Source of the DNA: Octopus sinensis
Taxonomy: Eukaryota
Assembly: GCF_006345805.1 (NCBI RefSeq)
Contig: NC_043021.1
Location: 21,266,001 to 21,330,000, forward strand
Length of the DNA: 64,000 nucleotides
Reading direction: 5' to 3'
The translations under genes were made by a program, and so were the position numbers. Under the pieces are notes generated by a model. It had not been told where the DNA came from, made no database searches, and saw nothing but the letters and a program-made list of their open reading frames with translations. Of the stretch, positions 50,787 to 63,644 are shown one piece after another; position 1 is the stretch's first letter; every line of letters starts with the position of its first letter.

Positions 50787-51394
50787 CTTTAGTTGTATGT
50801 TTTTAGTTTGTACGTTTTTACTCCACTCTGAACACTTTGCAGCATTTGTTTTTGAAAGTAGTGGTTTTTTGATTGCAGCCCTACCATGAAATCCAGTTTT
50901 TTGTAGCTCCTGGCAAACAGCTTTTGTGGAAACTTGGTTCTCAAGGTGGTCATTAAGCTCTGCAGTAATTTTGGGAGCTGTACTTTTGTGATCCTTTCTA
51001 ACAATTTGCATAAGAGTCTGATGGTCCCTATCTGAAATCTTTGGCATTTTTTCTGGAGTTTTGTTTTGATGAGGACATTTTTCCCTCTTTCTCAGAGGCT
51101 GTCATTACTTTCGAGACAGTACTTCTTGATACACAAAACATTTTGGCTGTTTGCGTTATGCTAGCACCTGCCATATGAACACCAACAGTTTGACCACTTT
51201 GAAAGTCCAATAGATCTGTCAGTTTAATGAATTTTAATTACCTTCTACAGATGATATCTGAAAAGAAACAGCAATTTTAGCAATAACATATTAAGCAACA
51301 CCAATAATAAATAAAAAATAAACAAAGCTTTTGACGGTTTTATAGATATTTCAAAATTATGATGCTAGGTGTTTCCATTATCTTGTCCAATCTG
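50787..51394 (-). mobile_element. Tc1-family transposon relic (left TIR + paired-like HTH region), truncated
   Basis: TIR cagattggacaagataatggaaacacc preceded by TA; DFQSGQTVG..MAGASITQTAKMFCVSRSTVSKV and KISDRDHQTL..IVRK..KSTAPKITAEL...VSTKAVCQEL..GFHGRAAIKKPLLS. Confidence 0.88.
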
Positions 51395-51416
51395 TATATA
51401 TATATGTATATATATA

Positions 51417-51624
51417 TACTCTTTTACTCTTTACTTGTTTCAGTCATTTGACTGCGGCCATGCTGGAGCACCACCTTTAATCGAGCAACTCGACCCCGGG
51501 ACTTATTCTTTGTAAGCCCAGTACTTATTCTATCGGTCTCTTTTTGCCGAACCACTAAGTGACGGGGACATAAACACACCAGCATCAGTTGTCAATCAAT
51601 GCTAGGGGGACAAACTCAGACACA

Positions 51625-51674
<50 letters not shown>

Positions 51675-51845
51675 CATATATATGACAGGCTTCTTTCAGT
51701 TTCCGTCTACCAAATCCACTCACAAGGCTTTGGTCGGCCCGAGACTATAGTAGATGACACTTGCCCTAGGTGCCACGCAGTGGGACTGAACCCGGAACCA
51801 TGTGGTTGGTAAGCAAGCTACTTACCACACAGCCACTCTTACGCC
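51417..51845 (-). mobile_element. SINE family A
   Basis: Full reverse copy. Confidence 0.9.
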
Positions 51846-52459
51846 ATATATTGTTTATGTCAGAAGAATTTAGAAACTTTGAAGAATGTGAAACTATTCA
51901 TTTTTAATTCTGGAACTCAAAGTTAGATAAAGCTATACATAATGGCTTCATGTTTTGGTACAAGGCCAGGCGAGCAATATTAAGGAAAGGGGCAACTTGG
52001 TTGCATCAACCACAAAGCTCATCTGGTACTTATAAATCTTGAAACAATGAAAGGTAATCATCATCATATTGTTGTATTTCGGAATGGTCATTTTGCCAGT
52101 TTAGCCAATAAAAACACACGCACTATATATATAAACAGAAGATACAAATATTACAGGCATTCCCCCTCGCATACACACACACACACACACACTAACCAAA
52201 CATAGACGCACATAGATATATACGCATGGGCAAATGAAGACACATACAATAGAAATACAAAATGGCTGACGGTTAGTAAGGAGAGACACACAAATAAGAA
52301 AGAAGAAAGCAAAGGACCACTGATGCGGTCACAGGAGTGTGACAAAAGAACTCTGGCTGAAATAAGATTACATTTAATGTAAAAAATAAATAACACTGAA
52401 GCAAAGTAACACCAAATACATAGTGCATGTGTTTTTATTGGCTAAACTGGCAAAATGAC

Positions 52460-52787
52460 CAATCTGATCTGGCAGAGTTTCTACAGCTGGAGGCCCTTCC
52501 TAATGCCAACCACTCCGAGAGTGTAGTGGGTGCTTTTTACGTGCCACCGGCACGAGGGTCAGTTACTCGGTACTGGCAATTGAATAATGATGATAATAAT
52601 AATCCTTTCTAATATAGGCACAAGACCTGAAACTTGGGGGGAGGGGGCAAATCCATTACATTGACCCCAGTACATAACTGGTACTTATTTTATTGATCCC
52701 CCCCCCCCAAAAAAAAAGATGAACAGCAAAGTCAATCTTGGCAGAATTTGAACTGAGAATATAATGACTGACAAAATGCCACTAAGC
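52460..52787 (-). repeat. RTE-UTR + family E SINE composite, copy 1 of a local duplication
   Basis: Nearly identical to 56527-56852 across the junction. Confidence 0.85.
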
Positions 52788-52992
52788 ATTCCGAAATACA
52801 ACAATATATATATATATATATATGTTATATAATATATATATGTTATATAATATATATTGATAATTTATTTTTATACTTTTTGAGATTTAGTTATAAGTTC
52901 TATAAAAATATATAATATTTGTTTTTTATGTTTTGGTTTATGTCTATCACTGTTTGAGTTGCATAATAGTGGTTTTATCTCTAATTAATATT

Positions 52993-53025
<33 letters not shown>

Positions 53026-53347
53026 ATGGGCTTCTTTCAGTTTCCATCTTCCAAATCCACTCAAAAAGCTTCGGTTGGCCCAAAGCTGTAGTAGTGCCAT
53101 GCAGTGGGACTGAACCCAGAGCTATGTGGTTGGGAAGCAAGCTTCTTACCACACAGCGACACCAGCACCTTATATATAACCTTCAATCCAACCTAATATA
53201 TATATATATATATATATACTTTATTCCAATACAACCAGGAACTCTGTATACTTCATTCCAACACATCATTCCACACTGATATTATTATTATGACTATTTT
53301 TTTTTTCTTCTTTGTCTTTTAAATATGTTGTTTCATTTCTCTTGTAG

Positions 53348-53383
53348 CGTTTCCAAGGAGATTTTGTAAATGAAGACATGTAG
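53348..53383 (+). CDS. Candidate terminal micro-exon (RFQGDFVNEDM*)
   Basis: Long polypyrimidine tract + tttctcttgtAG; all three frames stop within 36 nt; AT-rich UTR-like sequence follows. Confidence 0.15.
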   Translation, partial: RFQGDFVNEDM

Positions 53384-54219
53384 ATAAAGTTGTGTGTATA
53401 TGTATCTAGGCTGTAAACATTAATATAAATAATAGTTTTTATTTGCTAAAGTATATATTTGTCTTGTAAGAACAACAGTTTAAACTGAAGAATTAATGGC
53501 TTTTCTCTGTTATTTTTTTTTGGAGATATTATTTTCTAAGATTGCTAGCAATTTAGTTCAGCTCTTTGATGCCTTTTAGTTGTTTTTTTTTTTTTGGTTT
53601 TTAATAATTTAAAATCTTTTTCGATATATATGTGTCCACAAAGACCACGTATATCCATGTATATGTATGAATGTAAATGTGTATCAGTTTGGGGATGTGT
53701 GCGCGCATTTGTGGCATGTGCATATTGTGTATACATATGTGTATGAATGTACTTGTATGCCTATGTATTTAGGAATATGTGTTATATGTGTATATATATA
53801 TACACACACAAATGTATGCATGTGTGTATATAGATGAATGTGTATATGTACATACATACATATATAATACATACTTACATATGTGCATGTGTGTGTGTGC
53901 ATGTGTATTTGTATCTATTTTATCTGTGTGCATTAAATGAAAATTTTGCTAATGCCTGAAGGTAAAAGAGAAATACAACACCACCACCACCACCACCTTC
54001 AACTCCCCTGAAATATTTTGGTTATTTTGTATATAGCATTTTGAAAACTTGAAACCTATGTTCTTCAAGTAATCTAAGATGAGTAGATAGAAAATTTGAA
54101 TTTTAATAGCATATCTTTTTTTTTTTAAACAAACAAACAAATAAATAATACTATAAATAATGTTTATAATAATAATAATAATATTAAAATAATAATGCTA
54201 ATAATAATGTTAAAATAAT

Positions 54220-55720
54220 AATTTCTAATTTTGGTACAAGGCCAACAATTTTGAAGGGAGGGGCAAATCGATTACATTGGCTCCTATACTTGGCTGGCAC
54301 TTTATTTTATCAGTGATAAAAGGATGAAAGTTGACTTCATCGGAGCTTGAACTTGGAGCAGAATGACTCAGAAGAAATGCCACTTAGCATTTTGTCTGAT
54401 GTGCTAATGATACCGCCAGCTCACTACCTTAATAATAATAATAATAATAATAATCCTTTCTACTAAAGGCACAAGGCCTGAAATTTTGGTGGGGAGGGGA
54501 CTAGTCGATTACATTGACCCCAGCGTTTCACTGGTACTTATTTTATCGACTCTAAAAGGATGAAAGACAGAGTTGACCTTGGCGGAATTTGAACTCAGAA
54601 CATACAGATGGACGAAATACTTATTTCTTTACTACCCACAAGGGGCTAAACACAGAGAGGACAAACAAGGACAGACAAACGGAATAAGTCGATTATATCG
54701 ACCCCAGTCCATAACTGGTACTTATTCAATTGACCCCGAAAGGATGAGAGGTAAAGTCGACCTCGGCGGAATTTGAACTCAGAACGTAGCAGCAGACGAA
54801 ATACTGCTAAGCATTTTCTGGCGTGTTGATTCACCCATCTCGCCACCCTAAATACCACTAAGATGGACGAAATACCACTAAGCATTTCACCCGGTGTGCT
54901 TATGATTCTGCCAGCTCATTCCATGGCTTACCATTGACTCTCATGGTTTCTGATCTTAACTGATTGGAAGTGATATCATGTACTTTGTTTTGTCTTGGAA
55001 TAAAAGATGGGCAACAGCAAATATTCTGCTCGATACCATGGGTTTGTTTGTCAGTCGTTTGACCTTAACCAGTCGAGCTGTTTATCTTGATGAGATCACC
55101 ATGTCATACGCATATGGTTGCGATGCGTGTGCCTGGTGTACCCTTATCAGATAGGTAGTCATGATGGGTATAATGAGCTTTGTATATTTGTACCCCTTTG
55201 TCACTTTGATGGCATGCTCTCTCACTCAATAATAATAATGATAATAATGATCCTTTCTTATTTTTTTATTGCCTAAACATAGGAGCTAAACATAGAGGGG
55301 ACAAACAAGGACAGACAAAGGGATTAAGTCGATTACATCGACCCCAGTGCGTAACTGGTACTTAATTTATCGACCCTGAAAGGATGAAAGGCAAAGTCAA
55401 CCTCGGCGGAATTTGAACTCAGAACATAACGACAGACGAAATACTGCTAAGCATTTTGCCCGGCGCACTAACGTTTCTGCCAGCTTGCTGCTTTGTAGAA
55501 AGTAATAATCCTTTCTACTATAGGCACAAAGTCTGAAATTTTGGGGCAGCGGTCAGTCGATTAGATCGACCCCAGTATGCAGCTGGTACTTAATTAATCG
55601 ACTCCAAAAGGATGAAAGGCAAAGTCGACTGCAGCGGAATTTGAACTCAGAATGTGAAGATGGATGAAATACTGCTTAGCATTTCGCCTGACATGCTAAC
55701 GATTCTCCCAGCTTGCCAAT
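54220..55720 (-). mobile_element. Cluster of ~5 family D/E SINEs on the minus strand
   Basis: Copies at ~54220-54430, 54452-54600, 54622-54832, 55258-55490, 55507-55718, mostly separated by (AAT)n. Confidence 0.8.
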
Positions 55721-55867
55721 AATAATAATAATAATAATAATGATAATAGATGAGACATAGATGAGAGGTAGATCACAGGGACAGACAATGATTTGTGTGA
55801 GGATTTGCATAAAGGATGGAGAGAAAGAAATGGAAAAGACAGTGAAATGTGATAAAAGTACACACAG

Positions 55868-56186
55868 TATAATAATAATAATAATGTTCGTCCTTCGGGT
55901 TCGAAGATGACCACTGACATCATCTGGTGGAACTGCCGCCATGAGACCGGAGGTGGCTGGTGAGGCCAATCCGGGCAAGAAAGCCCCTCCCACAGGTGGG
56001 GCAGAAGTGGGTAGGGGCCGTGCAGGCGGCTCTGGCTTTCCACATCTGGCGTTTCTGCTCTGCTGACCGAATCCATCCCTCCTCGGCTGTCCCTGCTCCT
56101 GTGGTGATTGCGCTGCGCCAGGATGAGCGGTCGGCAGCAAGTGTCTCCCAGGTCTCTGTGCCGATAGAGAAGTCTTTGAGAGAGAC
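55868..56186 (-). mobile_element. RTE (BovB-like) LINE 3' end, second family, with C-terminal C2H2 zinc finger
   Basis: Frame 56186>55920 (no ATG, not in ORF track): VSLKDFSIGTETWETLAADRSSWRSAITTGAGTAEEGWIRSAEQKRQMWKARAACTAPTHFCPTCGRGFLARIGLTSHLRSHGGSSTR*; 3' end gtcatcttcgaacccgaaggacgaac + (ATT)n. Confidence 0.88.
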
Positions 56187-56424
56187 ACAGTATACAAAGT
56201 GTGTGATAGCATGAATGAAGCAGTCCCGATACAGGATAAACTCTGACTAGGACCAATCAAGGAATCACACAGATCCAGGATTACCCTGACAACCAAAGAC
56301 ATGAGTCCTCTTTCTTTTTCTTCAATTGACAGGTGCATACTTAGAGCAGGGCCATTCACTCTAACCAGTTTTACTAGTCACCCATCTTTTCCCAAATTCA
56401 CTGGGAGGTAGCACTTTCCTCAAT

Positions 56425-56852
56425 CATCATCATCGTCATCATCATCGTTTAATGTCCGCTTTCCATGCTAGCATGGGTTGGACGGTTTGACTGAGGGCTG
56501 GCGAACCAGAAGGTTGCACCAGGCTCCAATCTGATCTGGCAGAGTTTCTACAGCTGGAGGCCCTTCCTAATGCCAACCACTCCGAGAGTGTAGTGGGTGC
56601 TTTTACGTGCCTTTGGCACTGGGGTCAGTTACTCGGTACTGGCAATTGAATAATGATGATAATAATAATCCTTTCTAATATAGGCACAAGGCCTGAAACT
56701 TGGGGAGGGGAGGGGGCAAATCCATTACATTGACCCCAGTACATAACTGGTACTTATTTTATTGATCCCCCCCCCTAAAAAAGGTGAACGGCAAAGTCAA
56801 TCTTGGCAGAATTTGAACTGAGAATATAATGACTGACAAAATGCCACTAAGC
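56425..56852 (-). repeat. RTE-UTR + family E SINE composite, copy 2 (longer)
   Basis: Includes the RTE tail catcatcgtttaatgtccgc and the whole block shared with 52460-52787. Confidence 0.85.
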
Positions 56853-57388
56853 GTTTTTCTGGAATGCTATGATTCTGCCAGCTTGCTGCCTAAAATAAGG
56901 TTCTATCGTAAATTTTTGCGAAGATGAAAGAAAACAGCAGCAGTAAACACGTAGAACATGAAAAACTACCAAAGAATAGCAAAATAAAATTCGAGCAGTC
57001 CATGGTGGTTTGTAGAGATAAAAAGGTCAATGTCATTCTTGCCTTGGATATGCAATAAAAATCCTTTTTTTAAAAAATAAGTATGCTCCTAAGAGAATAG
57101 ATAGAATTTATTGAATAAAAGCTCCATTCCAGAAATATTCCATTTTTAAAATAAATCAAAGGAAGGAAGGAAGGAATAATAATAATAATGATAATAATAA
57201 TAATGATAATGATAATTAGCAGGACTCATGGAAATTTTGCAGTATGAGTCAGCACATTTGAAAACATTATGTTAGCATGCTGAACGCAAGCAAGGAGTTT
57301 CAAAAAATTCTTCTGATATCGTGCCATTTAATAAGGTATTGCTTATTTACCTCCTCATAATATATTTGACGGATATGATGTGCTTTAA

Positions 57389-58001
57389 CCCTTTTCGTTA
57401 CCATATTTATTTTTGAACTGATTTGTGTTTCTTTCAATTAATTTTAAATATAACAAAGAATTTAGTAAAATAAACTTAGGCGCAGGAATAGCTGTGTGGT
57501 AAGTAGCTTGTTTACCAACCACATGGTTCCGGGTTCAGTCCCACTGCGTGGCACCTTGGGCAAGTGTTCTCTACTATAGCTTCGGGCCGACCAAAGCCTT
57601 GTGAGTGGATTTGGTGGACGGAAACTGAAGGAAGCCCGTCGTATATATGTATATATATATATATATGCGTGTGTGTGTGTGTGTCTGTGTTTGTCCCCTA
57701 GCATTCTGGTGTGTTTATGTCCCCGTTACTTGGCGGTTCGGCAAAAGAGACCAATAGAATAAGTACTGGGCTTACAAAAGAATAAGTCCTGGGGTCGAGT
57801 TGCTTGATTAAAGGCGGTGCTCCAGCATGGCCGCAGTCAAATGACTGAAACAAGTGAAAGAGTAAAAGAGTTATTAAGCTGGTTTTAGGCACATAAATTG
57901 CAACTGAGGTTTGGTGGAAAATTTTAATTCAAAACTTATGGAAACAAGACATTTGTACTACACAGCCAGAAGCGGTTTCAACCGGGTTGGTATCGAAAGG
58001 G
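57389..58001. mobile_element. piggyBac-type MITE (family of 1209-1428) interrupted by a family A SINE (57478-57870)
   Basis: TTAA at 57385-57388 and 58002-58005; both halves align to 1209-1428. Confidence 0.85.
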
Positions 58002-58187
58002 TTAAGGAAATAAAAGATGAATTATAAAGATAGAAACTTATTCATATGTATTGATTAAATGTTTATTATTTACAATTTTTTTAAATGTGCCTTATTTATA
58101 AATGACTCCAATGAAATGGAGGTTGGAGTCATTTGGAGCCACCTTCGTATGAAGTATTAGGTAGCACATTCCTTCTTGTGCACCCGT

Positions 58188-58570
58188 TGGAAGCACTCTG
58201 TCGGTCATGACGACGAGGGTTCCGGTTGATCCGAATCAACGGAACAGCCTGCTCGTGAAATTAACGTGTAAGTGGCTGAGCACTCCACAGACACGTGTAC
58301 CTTTAACGTAGTTCTCGGGGATATTCAGTGTAACACAGAGAGTGACAAGGCCGGCCCCTTGAAATACAGGTACAACAGAAACAGGAAGTAAGAGTGAGAG
58401 AAAGTTGTGGTGAAAGAGTACAGCAGGGATCGCCACCATTCCCTGCCGGAGCCTCATGGAGCTTTAGGTGTTTTCGCTCAATAAACACTCACAACGCCCG
58501 GTCTGGGAATCGAAACCACGATCCTATGACCGCGAGTCCGCTGCCCTAACCACTGGGCCATTGCACCTCC
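58188..58570 (-). mobile_element. SINE family B, full length
   Basis: Reverse of 12616-13000. Confidence 0.92.
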
Positions 58571-59224
58571 AATCCACTGTGCACCTGTTGTTGAGGTGGC
58601 TTCAATGCAATTATTGTGGAGTCTGATGCATTCTACATGTAGTACATGTTTATTTTTCTTGAAAAATAGTCTTTCCCATTCTTTCTCCTTTTAGCTAGTG
58701 TCATCTATCGTTGTCCATATTTTGTAAACAAATTTTTCAATTGAGCAGATGATAATTAATTGCATTCAAGTGCATGCATGAACTGAAGGAATTTTTAAAA
58801 AAATTAAAAAATGTAAACAAACTATTCTGTTGACTGTCCATTTCTTTTCATTTCACTTCAGTTCAGCGATCTATCTATTTGCAATATCTATTGGTATATC
58901 TCTCTATTTGCATAACTTTTGATATACTGGTAGACTCATCTTACCTGCCTACATACCTACCTACCCACCTGCCTGCAAGTCTGTATTAAATTCTGTCTAA
59001 GTGACTATTGTTTCTACTTTCCTTTCTGCTGATGTCTGTGTGTTTACTTTCATAATACTGATAAGTATTTAAACCTAATAACCAAAAAAAAAAAAAAAAA
59101 AAAAAATTAACACTGTTGCTCCAACATGGCCGCAAGTGTTGGCCTGGAACATGTGAAAGATAAAACTAGAACTTGCACAGCTGTTTGCTAAGTTAATTTC
59201 CCTTTAATTTAACCATCTATTGAC

Positions 59225-59720
59225 ATCTTTATATATAAAAGTGAAGTTGTGTGTCTGTCTCCTACGATTTAGATTCCTAACTACTCCCACATTTTGCGGT
59301 GCAGTTTAACCAAAACCGGGTATCTTATAGTCGTGATTCATATCGAGCCCTTCTGGGTACTAGCGCACGTCTACGATGAGTCTACGATTTAAAAAAAAAT
59401 TTACCATCATTTTTTCCATTTTAATGCATTTTTTTGCTATTATATAAGGGAAGTAACTCCCTAAAAATGTCTACGATGAGTCAACGATTTAAAAAAAAAA
59501 TTACCATCATTTTTTCCATTTTAATGCATTTTTTTGCTATTATATAAGGGAAGTAACTCCCTAAAAATGTCTACGATGAGTCAACGATTTAAAAAAAAAA
59601 TTACCATAGTTTTTTTCCCCATTTTTAATGCATTTTTTTGCTATTTTTTGGCTATAACTCTCTAAAAATGCTTATATAGTTATTTCCCTTACAAACCCGA
59701 GCAATGCCGGGCGATACTGC
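59225..59720 (-). mobile_element. Helitron-type element with internal 100-bp tandem amplification
   Basis: ctacgatgag recurs at 59371, 59471, 59571. Confidence 0.7.
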
Positions 59721-59955
59721 AGGTATCTTTTAAAGCGTAAATTTGTAGATCTTCATGACATTGTTTCATTGTGCTACACAATATGATTGCACCTGCATTT
59801 ATAACAAAGGCAGACTACTATAAACCTCTCTCCCCTTCACTCTCCTTCTCCCTCTCTCTCTCAAACACATTGTTTCACTGATTCAACCATTCCCTTTCTG
59901 TTCTTTCTTTTTTTTGTCATTCTTTCTTAGTTTCATTATTTCTTTTCTCCCCATC

Positions 59956-60005
<50 letters not shown>

Positions 60006-60006
<1 letters not shown>

Positions 60007-60748
60007 GGCGCAGGAGTGGCTGTGTGGTAAGTAGCTTGCTTACCAACCACATGGATCCGGGTTCAGTCCCACTTCGTGGCACCTTGGGCAAGTGTCTTCT
60101 ACTATAGCCTCGGCTGACCAAAGCCTTGTGAGTGGATTTGGTAGACGGAAACTGAAAGAAGCCTGTCGTATATATGTATAATCGAATTGAACCAGCCAGG
60201 ATCCCTGGTCTGGTGGTACGTAAAAAGCACTATCCGACTCGTGGCCGATGCCAGCGCCGCCTCGACTGGATTCCGTGCCGGTGGCACGTAAAATACACCA
60301 ATCCGACCGTGGCCGTTTGCCAGCCTCGCCTGGCACCTGTGCAGGTGGCACGTAAAAAGCACCCACTACACTCACGGAGTGGTTGGCGTTAGGAAGGGCA
60401 TCCAGCTGTAGAAACATTGCCAGATAAGACTTGAGCCTGGTGCAGCCTTCTGGCTTCCCAGATCCCCGGTCGAACCGTCTAACCCATGCTAGCATGGAGA
60501 ACGGACGTTAAACGATGATGATGATGATATATGCGTGTGTGTGTTTGTGTGTCTGTGTTTGTCCCCCTAGCATTGCTTGACAACCGATGCTGGTGTGTTT
60601 ATGTCCCCGTTACTTAGCGGTTCGGCAAAAGAGACCGATAGAATAAGTACTGGGCTTACAAAAAGAATAAGTCCCGGGGTCGAGTTGCTCGACTAAAGGC
60701 GGTGCTCCAGCATGGCCGCAGTCAAATAACTGAAACAAGTTAAAGAGT
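60006..60748 (+). mobile_element. SINE family A with an RTE 3' UTR copy (~60185-60527) inserted in its microsatellite spacer
   Basis: Head 60006-60178, RTE UTR ending gacgttaaacgatgatgat, then remainder of spacer and tail. Confidence 0.88.
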
Positions 60749-61534
60749 ATATATATATATATGTGTGTGTGTATACATATAAGTAGCTTGTTTATTATTT
60801 TATTATTATTTTTTTGAATACTCATCATTGGAACTAATGAGGATCTATTATTTGTTTGTGTTAATGATAATTGGTTTGCTTATGTTTATTGATTGCAATT
60901 TCATGCCTGAAACTCAGATTTAAAACTGCATAATTTTCATTTTTATTTGCGAGTGTTTTCCATTATTGCTGTTTATTATTATTATTATTATTATTATCAT
61001 TGTTATTGTTGTTATTATTATTATTGTTATTAGTCTTGTGTATTGTTTGTTTTTGTTTTGATACTCGTAATTCTTTGTCAGATCGTTAGTCATGTTGTGG
61101 TGAATGATGATAGGGGTGGGAGAGGAGGCCAACCCCGGGTTTATTAATTGCTGACGGATCTTACCCCTCCTCCCCCCCCACACACACACACACTTCACGC
61201 TCACCAATCTTTTACATTGAAGCTTGAGTCGTTAAGATTCCTTATCAGATCCACGTGTGACTCTCAAGTTCCCTCTCCCCACCACCACCACCACCACCAC
61301 CACCACCACCACCAGTCCTTCTTCTTCTTATTCTTCTTCTTCTCTCCCACCGTCACTCTCCCTTCCTGTCTTGCTCTCCTTGAACCCTCCTTCCTCCCCG
61401 CCAACCTGCCCACTCACTACCTCTCACTTAGAACAGTTCATTAGTGTGCAGTCACCAGTGATGCAAAACAAATGCATCGGCATGCACATAAACACATGCA
61501 TGCATATTCATTCTATCTCTTTCTTGCCTTTCAG

Positions 61535-62300
61535 TGCACATGCACACACGCACACACGCACACACGCACACACGCACACACGCACACATGCACACACGCA
61601 CACATGCACACATGCACACACGCACACATGCACACACGCACACATGCACACACGCACACATGCACACACGCACACATGCACACACGCACACATGCACACA
61701 CGCACACATGCACACACGCACACATGCACACACGCACACATGCACACACACGCACACATGCACACACGCACACATGCACACACGCACACATGCACACACA
61801 CACATGCACACACGCACACACGCACACACGCACACACGCACAGACACGCACACACTCACAAACAGTCACACACACACACACACATACACACTCACACATT
61901 CTCACACACATACACACTCACATGCATACACACACTCTCACACACACTCTGACATACACTCTCTCAGTCTGACATACACTCACACACACACACACACACA
62001 TACACACATTCTCACACACTCTCTCTCTCACACACACACCACACACACACACACACACATACACACACATATTCTCAAACACTCTCTCTCTGACACACAC
62101 TCTGACATACACTCACACACACATACTCTCACACAGTCTCTCTCTCACACACACTCTCTCTCTCACACACTCTCTCTCTCACACACTCTCTCTCTCTCTC
62201 TTTTTCTGTCTCTTCCACATCCACAAACTATCGCCCCTCCTTATACACACACACACACACACACACACTCTCTCTCTCTCTCTTTTTCTGTCTCTTCCAC
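61535..62300. repeat. (CACACGCACACATG)n minisatellite grading into (CA)/(CT) low-complexity DNA
   Basis: 14-bp unit repeated ~15+ times in 61575-61810. Confidence 0.92.
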
Positions 62301-63237
62301 ATCCACAAACTATCGCCCCTCCTTATACACATGCATACACACTCTCTTTGACACTTCCCACAAACACATGCAAACACAGACTCTCTCACATACTTATACA
62401 ATATCACTTGCACACCCACATGCTGATACACACACACACACACACGCGCACAGAGTTTCTCTTCTGTACCATATCAATGACACCCACCCGTATCCACTCT
62501 CTCTTTACCCCCCCTCCACATGCATGCTCTCTCTGTCTTTCCAACCACCACTTCCTCTCTCTCTCTCTCTCCCTCTCCCCTACACACATATTACATGCTA
62601 CGCAGACACTAACGAGTCATCTCAACACCAAAAATAATCAATCGAGCATCAATCTTGTTGAACAATCACAGCGTTTTGGTTTTGTTTTTCCGAAACTTTA
62701 CAGTTCTTGAATGGATCAAAGCATTGATTGATTGGCTGATTTGATCACTTGTCTGGTTGATTGACTGGATGGATGATTGATTGATTAGTCAATTGGTTGG
62801 TTGGTCTTTTTTACATTCAGCTGAGCTGACTGGAGCAACGTGAAATGAATTGCCTTGTTCAAGGACTGCTCCAGGAATTGAACCCACAACCTTATATGAT
62901 AATGAGTCTAACACCCCACCACAACTACTTGGCACCATACTCCATGCAATACCTTATAACTGGCATTTAATGAAATTTCATAATTCACAGATTACTATGA
63001 GAATTTGGTTACTTGTATAGTCTAATTGTATAGAATTTTCAATCACCAAGGTTATGCAAAATTGTAGAATCATTATCATCATCATCATCAATATTATTAT
63101 TTGGGGTCGATTAAATAAGTACCAGTTATGCACTGTGGTCGATGTAGTCGACTTAACCCCTCCCTGCAAATTTCAGGCCTTGTGCCTATAACAGAAAGAA
63201 TTATTATTATTATTATTATTATTATTTATGGGTTTTT

Positions 63238-63610
63238 CTTCTTCTTTCAAATTTGCTTCCATTTCTTGCCGAGTGTCTTCCCGACTCCTAGGGCAAAGAA
63301 ACTCATAGTATACATTGGTAGGCCATTAGACTAAACTCACTAGTTCGTTCATTTTTTTTTTTTGATAGAAATAAAGTTAAATTAAAATACATGGGTAGTA
63401 ATAGTTCTATTATTATTATTATTATTATTAAGAAAGTGGAGAGCTGGTAGAATTGTTACTGTTTTGCCTGTCTTTATGTTCTGAGTTCAAATTCAGCTGA
63501 GGTCTACTTTCATCCTTTCAGGGGCGATAAGATAAGTATCATTCAAGTACTGAGGATTGATGAAAAACAAGAAAACCTAAAATTGCTGGCCCAGTGCCAA
63601 CATTCGAAAC

Positions 63611-63644
<34 letters not shown>

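Noticed and set aside
55676-56359. 227-aa and 186-aa minus-strand ORFs
   Set aside because: Shadow frames of the GC-rich RTE fragment; the recognisable protein is in the third frame (56186>55920).
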